From a virus: a stretch of 64,000 bases of DNA. A program made the translations under genes and the position numbers. The notes under the pieces were generated by a model, which saw only the letters and a program-made list of their open reading frames with translations, was not told the DNA's origin and searched no databases. Positions 20,209 through 30,345 of the stretch are shown here, one piece after another. The number at the start of each line of letters is the position of its first letter. Within the stretch, counting starts at the first letter, position 1. Location of the stretch: the IMG/VR virus record IMGVR_UViG_3300008117_000049, positions 1 to 64,000 of that record. One strand, written 5' to 3'.

Positions 20209-22032
20209 ATGACAAGTGGATTGGCTAACACCAAACTTCACCTAGTAAATAGCGTAGAAAAAGCAAACGAGTTTTTGACTTGGCTAAGCCAAAGAAGACC
20301 GCATAATGCTATTGCTATTGATACCGAAACAGGCGAATTGCCTAATCGCCCACACTCAGATGCTTTGTCGCCTTGGCACGGCAGACTTCGTTTAGTTCAG
20401 GTTGGCGACGGTGAGCAGGGCTGGTCTATTCCTTGGGATGAATGGGCTGGTGTTTTCTATGAGTCAATGGAAAGATTTGACGGTCAGATTGTTTGCCATA
20501 ACATAGCCTTTGAAGCAAAGTGGTTTGAGATGCAGTCTCGCTGGTCTATCCCTTGGCATAGGGCCCACGACACAATGATTATGTCGCAGATTATTGACCC
20601 CATTGGCTCGGCTGCTCTAAAGAAACTTACATCGCAATATGTAGATTCAAAGGCTGCGGCCCTACAAACTCACTTAGAAAATTCTTTACACGAAAACGGT
20701 TGGACTTGGGGAACTGTCCCAGTCAATTTTGAACCTTACTGGTCTTACGGTGCCTTAGACACGGTGCTTACTATGAAGTTATTTGAGAAGTTCTGGGAGA
20801 AGTGTGGTCCAAATCAAATCTATTCTGTTCCTTATGAACTAGAAATGGCTACTCGCAAAATTGCTACTCGTATGGAACTCAACGGTGCTCGTGTTGATTT
20901 GGAATACTCTAAGAAAAAGTTTGACGAACTAAATGAATATGGAGAAAAAGTCCGTAAATGGGGACTAGACACTTATGGTGGCTCAATAACTAGCAACATA
21001 CAGTTAGTTCGTATCTTTGAAAAACTTGGTGCTGAAATTACTGAGACAACTCCGTCTGGTCAAAAATCTGCTTCTAAAGACCAACTCAGAATGTTAGTTC
21101 GTGATGGTTCGCCAGAAGTACAGCAACTAGCAGAAGTGGTTCTAAAACAGCGTAAGGCTGACAAACTCGCTAATACTTATTTCAAAAACTTTCTTGAGGG
21201 AAACATAAACGGTATTGTTCATCCGTCTATCAGAACTTTGGCTGCTAGAACTGGTCGTATGTCTATTACGGAGCCAGCACTTCAAACTCTTCCGTCTGGA
21301 GACGCTACTGTTCGTAGAGCGTTTATTCCTAAAGATGAAGACCACCTAATTATTTCTTCTGACCTTGACCAAGTAGAGTTTCGCCTTACAGCAAACTTTA
21401 GTAAAGACCAAGACCTAATCAACCTGTTCAATGAAGCAGACCGCACTGGCGGAGATGTTTTTACTGAGATTATGCGTCAGGTGTATCAAGACCCTAATGC
21501 TCAAAAATCTGACCCTAGAAGAAAACTAATCAAGGGTGTGGTCTATGGAAAACTTTATGGTGCTGGAGTATCAACTATGGCTCTGACTGCTGGAGTTACA
21601 GACGCACAAATGAAACCAGTTGTTGATGGATTTGATGCTAGTTATCCTGGTGTTCGTATGATGGCTCAGACTATTGAAGATGCTGGTATGCGTCGTCTGC
21701 GTTCTGAGGGAGTTGGCTATGTTCAAACTAGAACTGGTCGTCGTTTGCCTTGCGATGATGACCGTGTTTATTCACTAACCAATTATTTGATTCAGGCTTC
21801 GGCTGCCGAAGTGTTCAAGCAAAACCTAATCAAACTTGACCAAGCAGATTTGACTGACTTTTTGATTGTTCCTGTGCACGATGAAATTGTTCTAAATGTT
21901 CCAAAGAACAATGTGGAAGAGATTATGGAAACCGTAAAGCAATGTATGACCACTAGACAGGGTTGGGAAGTTCCACTGACTGCTGGAGTAGATGGACCGT
22001 TTGAAAACTGGGGAGCAAAATACGATGCCTAA
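20209..22032 (+). CDS. polA: DNA polymerase family A (3'-5' exonuclease plus polymerase)
   Basis: Exo DTET, HNIAFE, YGALD; motif A DLDQVEFR; motif B RKLIKGVVYGKLYG; motif C VHDE. Confidence 0.95.
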   Translation: MTSGLANTKLHLVNSVEKANEFLTWLSQRRPHNAIAIDTETGELPNRPHSDALSPWHGRLRLVQVGDGEQGWSIPWDEWAGVFYESMERFDGQIVCHNIAFEAKWFEMQSRWSIPWHRAHDTMIMSQIIDPIGSAALKKLTSQYVDSKAAALQTHLENSLHENGWTWGTVPVNFEPYWSYGALDTVLTMKLFEKFWEKCGPNQIYSVPYELEMATRKIATRMELNGARVDLEYSKKKFDELNEYGEKVRKWGLDTYGGSITSNIQLVRIFEKLGAEITETTPSGQKSASKDQLRMLVRDGSPEVQQLAEVVLKQRKADKLANTYFKNFLEGNINGIVHPSIRTLAARTGRMSITEPALQTLPSGDATVRRAFIPKDEDHLIISSDLDQVEFRLTANFSKDQDLINLFNEADRTGGDVFTEIMRQVYQDPNAQKSDPRRKLIKGVVYGKLYGAGVSTMALTAGVTDAQMKPVVDGFDASYPGVRMMAQTIEDAGMRRLRSEGVGYVQTRTGRRLPCDDDRVYSLTNYLIQASAAEVFKQNLIKLDQADLTDFLIVPVHDEIVLNVPKNNVEEIMETVKQCMTTRQGWEVPLTAGVDGPFENWGAKYDA

Positions 22033-22495
22033 GCGTCTCATACTGAGTGTAGACCCTGGAAAAGCAAGCGGTATTTGTCTTTTTCAATACGAAGATGGGC
22101 GAGAGCCAAAGTTAGTTTGGTCTGGTGAATACCAACAAGAAGAATATGCTGAGCCAATTAGAAGTGCTTTGCGTTCTTCTATTGAGTTTGCTATTCCGCT
22201 AGATATAGTCTGTGAAAGATTTACCATAAATGCTCAGACTGTCCGCAACGCACAAGCCCCCTACTCTCTAGAACAAATTGGTATATTAAAGCAAATTCTT
22301 TTAGACCACAAAATGCCAACAGAAAAGATTATTTTTCAATCCCCGGCCGACGCTAAGGCTATGTTTGACAATACCAAGTTGAAAAAACTAGGTTTTTGGC
22401 ACAAAGGTGGGGAAGGACACGCCCTTGACGCAATAAGACACGCCGTGCTACGATTGGTCAAACTTGGGTGGATACCCACTAAACTACTTGAATGA
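22025..22495 (+). CDS. RuvC-like Holliday junction resolvase
   Basis: ILSVDPGKASG, VCERF and HALDAIRH motifs. Confidence 0.75.
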   Translation: MPKRLILSVDPGKASGICLFQYEDGREPKLVWSGEYQQEEYAEPIRSALRSSIEFAIPLDIVCERFTINAQTVRNAQAPYSLEQIGILKQILLDHKMPTEKIIFQSPADAKAMFDNTKLKKLGFWHKGGEGHALDAIRHAVLRLVKLGWIPTKLLE

Positions 22496-22537
22496 CAGAG
22501 ATACTATCAAGAAATTTGAATAAATATCTAAAATCCG

Positions 22538-22546
22538 TGATAGTAT
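22538..22546 (+). promoter_or_regulatory. Extended -10 promoter (TGa-TAGTAT) for the helicase operon, part of an ATACTATC-N30-GATAGTAT unit
   Basis: TGATAGTAT about 26 bp upstream of ATG, with GAAAGGA RBS. Confidence 0.55.
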
Positions 22547-22572
22547 GTATGTAATGACGAAAGGAACCGATT

Positions 22573-24396
22573 ATGGCTATCAATGTTGAATTAGACGAAA
22601 CTGGCTTAGACATTATTATTGACGCTGATTGGCGATACAAAGAACTTTGTAAAAGCCTACCTGGAGCCACTTTTGATGGCTCAATTAGTAGATGGAAAGT
22701 ACCTGTATCTTGGTCTGCTTGCCTTGCTCTACGCTCCACTTTTAAAGATGATTTGGTGCTTGGAAATGCTCTAAAACTTTGGGCATCAAATGAGCGTGCC
22801 ACAAGAATTGACCCCGCTATGTCTCTTAGAGATTTGGAAATCTTACCTGATGGTGAAACTGGTAATGAAGACTTGTTTCCACATCAGAGAGTTGGCGTAA
22901 AGTATTTAGCAACCGCTAAGCGTGCTTTATTGGCAGACGAGCCGGGCTTGGGTAAAACTGCTCAGGCTATTCGTGGTCTAAAAGAAATCAAAGAAAACGG
23001 TGAAGATGTATTCCCTGCTTTGATTGTTTGCCCCAATACTTTGAAGAAAAACTGGAAACGAGAGTTTGCTAAGTGGTGGCCTGAAGTAAATGTTCAGATT
23101 ATTGCTGGAACTGCTACTCAAAGACGCAAGCAATTTGAAGAGCAAGCAGATGTGTATGTAATCAACTGGGAGTCACTACGCACTCACTCACGCTTAGCAC
23201 CTTATGGTGCGATTGCTCTTGCTCGTTGTAAGGCTTGTAAGGGGCACGATGACCGTGTAACCGAAAACAGGTGTGAAGTCCATGAGCGTGAACTAAACAG
23301 AATTGATTTCAAGGCTGTGGTTGCCGATGAAATGCACCGTTCTAAAGACCCTAAGTCTAAGCAGAGCCGTGCTTTATTCGCAGCGACTGGCGATGCCAAT
23401 ATTCGTTTTGCTCTTACTGGAACTCCTATGGCAAACAATGTTTTAGATATGTGGGCTATTCTTCACTGGATAAATCCTAGAGAATTTCCCACTAAAACCA
23501 AGTGGATTGACCGTATGGTGGACACAATGCTCAACGCTTTTGGTGGAATGATGGTTCTCGGTCTAAAGCCACATATGGAAGAAGAGTTTCACAAAACTGT
23601 GGACCCCCTTATGCGTCGTATGCTAAAGGCTCGTGTGCTACCTTGGCTACCTAAAATGGTTTTTGAGCGTAGAGATGTTGAGATGTCCACTAAGCAAGCA
23701 AAAGCCTATGCTCAAATGCGAGACAATATGATTGCTTTGCTAGAAAATCCATCTGGCAGTTCTGAAATGCTGACTGCTCCAAGCGTTCTAACTCAGACGC
23801 TTAGGCTTTTACAATTTGCTAGTTCTTATGCCGAACTTGTAGTTGATGAAAAGACTGGCGAACCGAGGGCTGTTTTGTCAGCCCCATCTTGTAAAGTAGA
23901 TGCTCTAATGGATGACATCAAGAGCGGAGACTTTGGCGACGACAGCGTTGCTGTATGTGCCGTATCTCGTCAGTTGTTAGAACTTCTTAGTGCTGAATTA
24001 ACTCAGGCTAAAATTCCACACGGAATGATTACAGGTGCTCAAAGCGATGATGAACGCCAAGAGGCAATTGACGATTTCCAATCTGGTCGTATCAAGTGGA
24101 TTTTATTCACGGATAAGGCTGGTGGTGTAGGTGTTACCTTGACAGCAGCACGCAGATTGATTATGCTACAAAGACCTTGGTCTCTTGTAGACCACAAACA
24201 GGCTCTAGACCGTGTTCACCGCATTGGTTCTGAAATTCACGATTCAGTGATTATTACGGACTATGTTACTGAGGGCACTATTGAAGAGCGTGTTATTCAG
24301 GTTTTGGAAACAAAGGCTGAGAACTTTGAAGAAATTGTTCGTGATAAAAGTAGGTTATTAGACTTGCTAAAAAATGATAAAGCAGGTAAGTTGTAA
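22573..24396 (+). CDS. SNF2-family (SF2) helicase
   Basis: LADEPGLGKT, VADEMH, ALTGTP, AGGVGVTL and QALDRVHRIG motifs. Confidence 0.92.
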   Translation: MAINVELDETGLDIIIDADWRYKELCKSLPGATFDGSISRWKVPVSWSACLALRSTFKDDLVLGNALKLWASNERATRIDPAMSLRDLEILPDGETGNEDLFPHQRVGVKYLATAKRALLADEPGLGKTAQAIRGLKEIKENGEDVFPALIVCPNTLKKNWKREFAKWWPEVNVQIIAGTATQRRKQFEEQADVYVINWESLRTHSRLAPYGAIALARCKACKGHDDRVTENRCEVHERELNRIDFKAVVADEMHRSKDPKSKQSRALFAATGDANIRFALTGTPMANNVLDMWAILHWINPREFPTKTKWIDRMVDTMLNAFGGMMVLGLKPHMEEEFHKTVDPLMRRMLKARVLPWLPKMVFERRDVEMSTKQAKAYAQMRDNMIALLENPSGSSEMLTAPSVLTQTLRLLQFASSYAELVVDEKTGEPRAVLSAPSCKVDALMDDIKSGDFGDDSVAVCAVSRQLLELLSAELTQAKIPHGMITGAQSDDERQEAIDDFQSGRIKWILFTDKAGGVGVTLTAARRLIMLQRPWSLVDHKQALDRVHRIGSEIHDSVIITDYVTEGTIEERVIQVLETKAENFEEIVRDKSRLLDLLKNDKAGKL

Positions 24397-24399
24397 ATT

Positions 24400-25356
24400 A
24401 TGAATGAAGTAACGACAGAAAAGAAAGAACCTTATGTTCTTTCAAACTCAGAAATCCAAGTATTCAAGGATTGCCGTCGCAAGTGGTGGTTGAACTACTA
24501 CCGTCGCTTACAGCCAAAGCAAAAGCAATTTACAGGTGCTCTTGCTTTAGGTTCTCGTATTCACGAGGCTCTAGACCGTCACTACTCAACAGGTCAAGAC
24601 TTGCTTGAGGCTCACGCTGAACTTGTAAAGCGAGACATTGACGCATTAGTGGCAGAGTATAGAGATACTTATGACCTTGAAGCCGAGGCTGAACTTGGTC
24701 GCATTATGCTTGAGGGCTACCTTGAGTGGATGGCAACCGAGGGTATTGACGCTGACCTAGAACAAATCTCTACTGAAGAAGTAATTCAAATGCCATTATT
24801 TGATGGTGAAGTTGTGCTTCAGGGAAAGATTGATATGCGTGTTCGTCGCAAGAGCGACGGTGTGCGTATGTTCCGTGACTTCAAAACCGTTGGTGGGTCA
24901 TTCTCTGACTTTGCTAATCAGGCTCAGATGAACGAGCAAATCTTGACTTATATGCTTTTGGAAACTGCTCAGAACAAAAACCCAGAAGAGCGTGCCGAGG
25001 GTGGCATTTTTACTATGCTCAAAAAAGTAAAGCGTACTGCTAATGCTAGACCACCTTTCTATGAGCAAATTGAAGTCCGCCACAACCAGTTCACTATGCG
25101 TTCTTTCTGGCAAAGAATTCACGGAACTATCTCTGACCTTATGGGAGTCAAAAAGGCTCTTGATAACGGTGCAGACCCTAATTTTGTCGCTTATCCACGC
25201 CCAGGTAAAGACTGTAAGTGGAAGTGTCAGTTCTACACTATTTGCCCGCTAATCGACGACGGTTCCGCCGCCGAAGCAGCAATCAGTGAGATGTACGAGG
25301 TCGCCGACCCGTATGGTTACTACAAAACAGACGAAAAGAAAGGTAGTGAGAACTAA
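24400..25356 (+). CDS. PD-(D/E)XK exonuclease (RecB/Cas4-like)
   Basis: GKID...DFKT, QILTY and C-terminal CKWKCQFYTIC cysteines. Confidence 0.85.
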   Translation: MNEVTTEKKEPYVLSNSEIQVFKDCRRKWWLNYYRRLQPKQKQFTGALALGSRIHEALDRHYSTGQDLLEAHAELVKRDIDALVAEYRDTYDLEAEAELGRIMLEGYLEWMATEGIDADLEQISTEEVIQMPLFDGEVVLQGKIDMRVRRKSDGVRMFRDFKTVGGSFSDFANQAQMNEQILTYMLLETAQNKNPEERAEGGIFTMLKKVKRTANARPPFYEQIEVRHNQFTMRSFWQRIHGTISDLMGVKKALDNGADPNFVAYPRPGKDCKWKCQFYTICPLIDDGSAAEAAISEMYEVADPYGYYKTDEKKGSEN

Positions 25357-26114
25357 TGTCAGAAGTACATCGTTCCCTTACTATGATGGTCTATGGCGAG
25401 TCTAAGGTTGGTAAATCAACCTTTGCTGTCACAGCACCATACCCTCGCCTGATGCTAGATGTTGAGGGCGGACACCGTTTCTTGCCTATCAATGTAAAGT
25501 ATTGGGACCCAATGCGTGAAGAGCCACCTGTGGCTGACGGCACTTGGGACACAGTAGTTGTTCAGGTTCGTGACTACGATGTAGTCCTAAAAGCGTTCCA
25601 GTGGCTACAGTCTGGTAAGCACCAATTCAAGTCGCTTATCATTGACTCAATTTCAGAACTTCAAGTGAAGTGTATGGACAACATTGCTGGTACAGAGCAG
25701 ATGAAGATGCAACAGTGGGGCGAACTACTTCGCCACATGGGACATCTACTGCGTGACCTGCGTGACCTAACCTCGCACCCAACTCAGCCGCTTGAGGCTG
25801 TAGTTATGACTGCTATGGCTAGCCGTGGTCAGGACAATCGTATGCACCCTTATCTACAGGGTCAGTTGAAAGTTCAGGCTCCGTATTTCTACGATGTTCT
25901 TGGCTACATTGCCAACGAAACAATTCCAAACCCAGACCCAACTCAGTTGCCTTACAAGGCACGCCGTATGTATGTGGAGCGTACTGATGAAGTTGAGGCT
26001 GGAGAGCGTGTTCAAGGTCGTCTTGGTGCTATTGTTGAGCAACAGGACTTAGGCGTTGAAAGAATGCTTGACATGATTTTCGGTCCAAAGACCGAGAAAA
26101 AGAAGTCGGCTTAG
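25356..26114 (+). CDS. AAA_24 / Sak4-like P-loop ATPase
   Basis: GESKVGKS Walker A, LDVEGG, IIDSISE; flanked by exonuclease and SSB-like genes. Confidence 0.8.
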   Translation: MSEVHRSLTMMVYGESKVGKSTFAVTAPYPRLMLDVEGGHRFLPINVKYWDPMREEPPVADGTWDTVVVQVRDYDVVLKAFQWLQSGKHQFKSLIIDSISELQVKCMDNIAGTEQMKMQQWGELLRHMGHLLRDLRDLTSHPTQPLEAVVMTAMASRGQDNRMHPYLQGQLKVQAPYFYDVLGYIANETIPNPDPTQLPYKARRMYVERTDEVEAGERVQGRLGAIVEQQDLGVERMLDMIFGPKTEKKKSA

Positions 26115-26163
26115 GCAACTAACCGATTTACTAACCCACCTAACATAAGGAAAAGTGATTGCT

Positions 26164-26709
<546 letters not shown>

Positions 26710-26721
26710 GAATCATTAGAC

Positions 26722-26765
26722 AGGGACATTGCCTACTATAATCATTAGTGGGCGATGTCCCTTTC
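26722..26765 (+). terminator. 17-bp hairpin after the SSB-like gene
   Basis: AGGGACATTGCCTACTA / TAGTGGGCGATGTCCCT with G-U pairs, followed by TTCT. Confidence 0.6.
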
Positions 26766-26784
26766 TACATATACACATAAGGAA

Positions 26785-27801
26785 ATGATGTCTAAAGTTT
26801 TTTTGACTGGTATGTCTGCTCCGCAAGCATCTCCAAGTGCTAATCAAAAGTCTTTTACTTTTGCTGGACTACTAAATAAAGTTTTGACCGATGCTGGGCA
26901 CGAAGTAAATTGGGCTAGCCCAAGTGTCTATATGACAAAAGACGCTTTAGAAAAGTATGACGCTGTGTTGGTTGGAGTATCTCCACTAACTAGCGTTGGT
27001 GCTAACCGAGTTTATGGTGCTCTCAATGTAATAAATGAACTAAAAGACTCTGACAAACTGACCTTATTTATTGACACCCCAAGTCCAAGTCAAATAGAAC
27101 CTAGCCTAAAAAGCGTAATTTCTAACCCAGCAACGCTTACTAAAATTTTCTTTTCTTACAGGAAAGAATATTCAAATGTTGTGGCGGATAAAGACATTTT
27201 TAATAGAGTTTTATCTGGAATCAAATATTTATATGAAAATGATTGGGCACCGACAATCTATTCAAAACTTCCCTGGAAATCAGATATTAGGATTTGTAAA
27301 AACGCAAAAACCAATTTGATTGGGATAAATCTTGATGCTCACATAATCAAAGAATTAGGGCTAAATCCAAATAGAGCACCTAAGTGGTCTGTTGATTCTT
27401 TGTCTAGCCCTTGGGCTATTTCTGCTGTGGCAGGATTAGTTTTGCCTAACTCGTTGATGAAATGGAATAAAGGCACTACTGATGCTCAAGTAGAAGAACA
27501 GATATCTCGTTCTATTGGTGCCATTGTGTCCCCTGATAAAAAAGACGGAACATATTGGAATTACAGATACATACAAGCAATGAACACAAGAACTCCAGTT
27601 ATTACTGATTGGAAAGAAAGTGGTGTTCTTGATGAAACTTGGAACTTACTCGGCAGCAGTATTGAGTCAATGAGCCAAGAAAAAAGAGATTTGGTTGCTA
27701 CTGCTCAGCGGGAAGTTTATCTCGCTAAAATCCCTAGCAAACTAGAAGCCGTAGAAATTCTACAAAATTCAATATTTAGGAGAAACAATGCCGAAAATTA
27801 A
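26785..27801 (+). CDS. Putative GT-B-fold glycosyltransferase-like protein
   Basis: KVFLTG...LTDAGHEVNW...YDAVLVG Rossmann-like N-terminus; C-terminal RYIQAMNTRTPVITD resembles a GT-B motif. Confidence 0.45.
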   Translation: MMSKVFLTGMSAPQASPSANQKSFTFAGLLNKVLTDAGHEVNWASPSVYMTKDALEKYDAVLVGVSPLTSVGANRVYGALNVINELKDSDKLTLFIDTPSPSQIEPSLKSVISNPATLTKIFFSYRKEYSNVVADKDIFNRVLSGIKYLYENDWAPTIYSKLPWKSDIRICKNAKTNLIGINLDAHIIKELGLNPNRAPKWSVDSLSSPWAISAVAGLVLPNSLMKWNKGTTDAQVEEQISRSIGAIVSPDKKDGTYWNYRYIQAMNTRTPVITDWKESGVLDETWNLLGSSIESMSQEKRDLVATAQREVYLAKIPSKLEAVEILQNSIFRRNNAEN

Positions 27802-28213
27802 TCTTGATTGGGTTACCAATCAATTTGCCAAAATAAACATTCACAAGGGGACTGGTTTAGCAATCATTGAGTTGCTAAAGGCTTGGGAAAAACTAGACAT
27901 CAAAAAGCCAGAAACCGCTAAAACTGTGCTTGATGTATTCCATGAACTTGCTCAAGGACACGCTATTGTCAAAGACGATGATTTTACTTGGGTACAGGCT
28001 CGTCGTGGAGATATCAAAGTCAGAGATGTTGTGCGTGTAAAAGCAGACGCTTACAACATAGAAGACATTGCTTACCTACACAATGGGCGAATTGGAGTAG
28101 TTATTGCTATTCGTTCTGGAGACATCATTGTTGATATTACAGACGAGCAAGAGCCAGAACTAAAAGGCGTTCATTACGCCCCAGAAAACCTAGAAAAGAG
28201 AGTGTCCCAATGA
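27788..28213 (+). CDS. Hypothetical protein, possible C-terminal SH3/KOW-like domain
   Basis: DVVRVK...NGRIGVVIAIRSG. Confidence 0.6.
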   Translation: MPKINLDWVTNQFAKINIHKGTGLAIIELLKAWEKLDIKKPETAKTVLDVFHELAQGHAIVKDDDFTWVQARRGDIKVRDVVRVKADAYNIEDIAYLHNGRIGVVIAIRSGDIIVDITDEQEPELKGVHYAPENLEKRVSQ

Positions 28214-28419
28214 AAACTAAATTAGTTTTTACTTGTGCTGGAGAAACTAAATCTGAGATTGAAGCAAGGGCAAAAGAAAAAATTGCTGACTACTTAGAGA
28301 TAGACCAGTACGATGTTGACCAGAAATGCGACATAGAACTTAGCGTTGAAGAAAAAAGTGTCCCTCACGACGAAACAATTACCTTTTATCTAGCAACGGT
28401 TTATGTAAGAGTGAAGTAA
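28210..28419 (+). CDS. Hypothetical protein
   Basis: Translationally coupled ORF. Confidence 0.6.
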   Translation: MKTKLVFTCAGETKSEIEARAKEKIADYLEIDQYDVDQKCDIELSVEEKSVPHDETITFYLATVYVRVK

Positions 28420-28949
28420 TGGGTAATTCAGCACACGAAAATAAATCTTGGGCTGCGTCTGTTATCTATAAACTAAAGCCTAAAACTGTTTTAGACATTG
28501 GTCCTGGTGAGGGTATTTACGGAAAGATTGTTCGTAAATATTCACCTAGCACTGAAAAACTGGTTGGTGTTGAAATCTGGGCTCCATACATAGAATCTTT
28601 TAGATTGCGTGAGTTTTATGATGAAGTCTGGGTTTGTGATGCTCGTCTTTATTCAGATTTCAAATATGACTTAGTAATTCTTGGAGATGTTTTAGAGCAT
28701 ATGTCAAAGGAAGATGCTATTGCCTTATGGAATAAAATTTCAAAACAAGCAAAATACGCACTTATTTCTATACCAATAACGCATTTTCATCAAGACGCTG
28801 CTAATGGCAATCCTTATGAAACACATGTCAAGGAAGACTGGACTACCAAAGAAGTTCTTGATAGTTTTCATAGTATAATACTAAAACACGAGTTTAGTAT
28901 TACTGGAACATACTTAGCAAAGTTTGACAAACCTAAGAAAAAGAAGTAG
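28419..28949 (+). CDS. Class I SAM-dependent methyltransferase
   Basis: VLDIGPGEG motif I; YDLVILGDVLEH. Confidence 0.85.
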   Translation: MGNSAHENKSWAASVIYKLKPKTVLDIGPGEGIYGKIVRKYSPSTEKLVGVEIWAPYIESFRLREFYDEVWVCDARLYSDFKYDLVILGDVLEHMSKEDAIALWNKISKQAKYALISIPITHFHQDAANGNPYETHVKEDWTTKEVLDSFHSIILKHEFSITGTYLAKFDKPKKKK

Positions 28950-28981
28950 CATACTAATACAAATGACAGAAAGACAAAACT

Positions 28982-29473
28982 ATGCAAACATTTCTACCAC
29001 TAACTAGCAACGCTGACGACATAGCCAAAGTGCTTGACAACAAGCGTCTCAACAAGCAAGCCCTTGAGGGTTGGCAGATTCTTATGACTCTGCTAGAACT
29101 AGACCCTGACGGCAATCATCGTGTCCCTAAAGGCTGGGTCAATCACCCAGCAGTCAAAATGTGGCGTGGTCACGAGATGGCTCTGTTTATGTACATCAAC
29201 GCAATGGTAAATGAGTGGCTCAACCGCGGGTTCAAATCAACCATTGGCACTAAGGCTTGGAACACTATTCAAACTGCTCTCAGCAAAAACATTATTAGCG
29301 ATGAAATAACCTCACCAGCGTGGCTTGAAAACAAGCAACTGTTTGAGCAAATTGCTTCTAGCCATCGTCTTGCTTTGCTTACCAAGGATTACGAGTGGTA
29401 TTCACAGTTTGGCTGGGCAGAAGACACTGGCTCTAAGCCTGAAACATATGAATATCTCTGGCCCGTTGCCTAA
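28982..29473 (+). CDS. Pyrimidine-dimer DNA glycosylase / endonuclease V-like (MSMEG_6728 type)
   Basis: MQTFLP...LDNKRLNKQALE...WVNHPAVKMWRG...SHR. Confidence 0.8.
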   Translation: MQTFLPLTSNADDIAKVLDNKRLNKQALEGWQILMTLLELDPDGNHRVPKGWVNHPAVKMWRGHEMALFMYINAMVNEWLNRGFKSTIGTKAWNTIQTALSKNIISDEITSPAWLENKQLFEQIASSHRLALLTKDYEWYSQFGWAEDTGSKPETYEYLWPVA

Positions 29474-29490
29474 ATAATAAACGGCGTGTT

Positions 29491-29516
29491 GCCCTGTTTT
29501 ATTTTATAAAACAGGG
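29491..29516. terminator. Hairpin downstream of the glycosylase gene
   Basis: CCCTGTTTT / AAAACAGGG. Confidence 0.45.
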
Positions 29517-29540
29517 TAATCTTTTATAGAGGTAAATTAT

Positions 29541-29888
29541 ATGAAAGATTCACGCAAAGGCGAAACGCTTTGGAGCGAATGGTTCGGCATTGACTATAAA
29601 AGAAATATTCCAAACTCACTAATCTTTTATACAGAAGAGCATGTTTATCTAGATAATGAAATAGTAAAACGAGCACTTGCTTCAGCCCTACAAAGAGACG
29701 GCACAACCGACTCTCTTGGTGGGGCTTTTCGCTTATTAGACGGAGTTATCAGCGTACATCACGGGCACGCTGGCTTTGTCGGTGGCGAAGATGAACTAAC
29801 AAAATGCGACACAAACGGAATGACAATCTATGAAGATAACGCAGAGGGCGTTATCCCGATTACATGGGTTGAGATAGATGTCAATTGA
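29541..29888 (+). CDS. Hypothetical protein
   Basis: GAGG RBS; clean ORF. Confidence 0.6.
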   Translation: MKDSRKGETLWSEWFGIDYKRNIPNSLIFYTEEHVYLDNEIVKRALASALQRDGTTDSLGGAFRLLDGVISVHHGHAGFVGGEDELTKCDTNGMTIYEDNAEGVIPITWVEIDVN

Positions 29889-30345
29889 AAAAACCAAATG
29901 GATAAACGATTCCTTATGCTCTAAAAAAGAAAATGAAAAAATAATTGAGTATTTCTTTTCTGAGAAATTAGAAGAAAAACATATTGCTAAAAACTTATGT
30001 TTTAGTTGTCCCGTAAGAAAAGACTGTATCAAATTTGCTTTAGAAGAAAAAGAAATATGGGGAATTTGGGGTGGCAGAGATGAGCACGAAATTCGTAGGA
30101 TTTTATCCGTTGATGCCAACGGAGACGAGTGCCGTAGAGATAGATACCCGCAATGTCCTTATTGTTTTGCTAGAACCGAGAAACTAAAAACTTATATTGT
30201 TGATTTACCTGGCGGTGGCAGATGGACAACTGCTCGTATGGTTGAGTGTGTAGATTGTGGTTTTGCTTGGAAGAGCAGAACAAGTGCTAATGCGGTAAAT
30301 GCTTATCACGCAATAAAAGCAGATAAGAAGAAAAACAAAAAGTAA
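29878..30345 (+). CDS. whiB: WhiB-family transcription factor with C-terminal Zn ribbon
   Basis: C...CFSCPVRKDC, GIWGG; extra CPYC...CVDC. Confidence 0.85.
   Translation: MSIEKTKWINDSLCSKKENEKIIEYFFSEKLEEKHIAKNLCFSCPVRKDCIKFALEEKEIWGIWGGRDEHEIRRILSVDANGDECRRDRYPQCPYCFARTEKLKTYIVDLPGGGRWTTARMVECVDCGFAWKSRTSANAVNAYHAIKADKKKNKK

Noticed and set aside
24400-25356. CRISPR-Cas system suggested by the Cas4-like nuclease
   Set aside because: No repeat-spacer array or other cas genes; context (helicase, ATPase, SSB) is a standard phage recombination module
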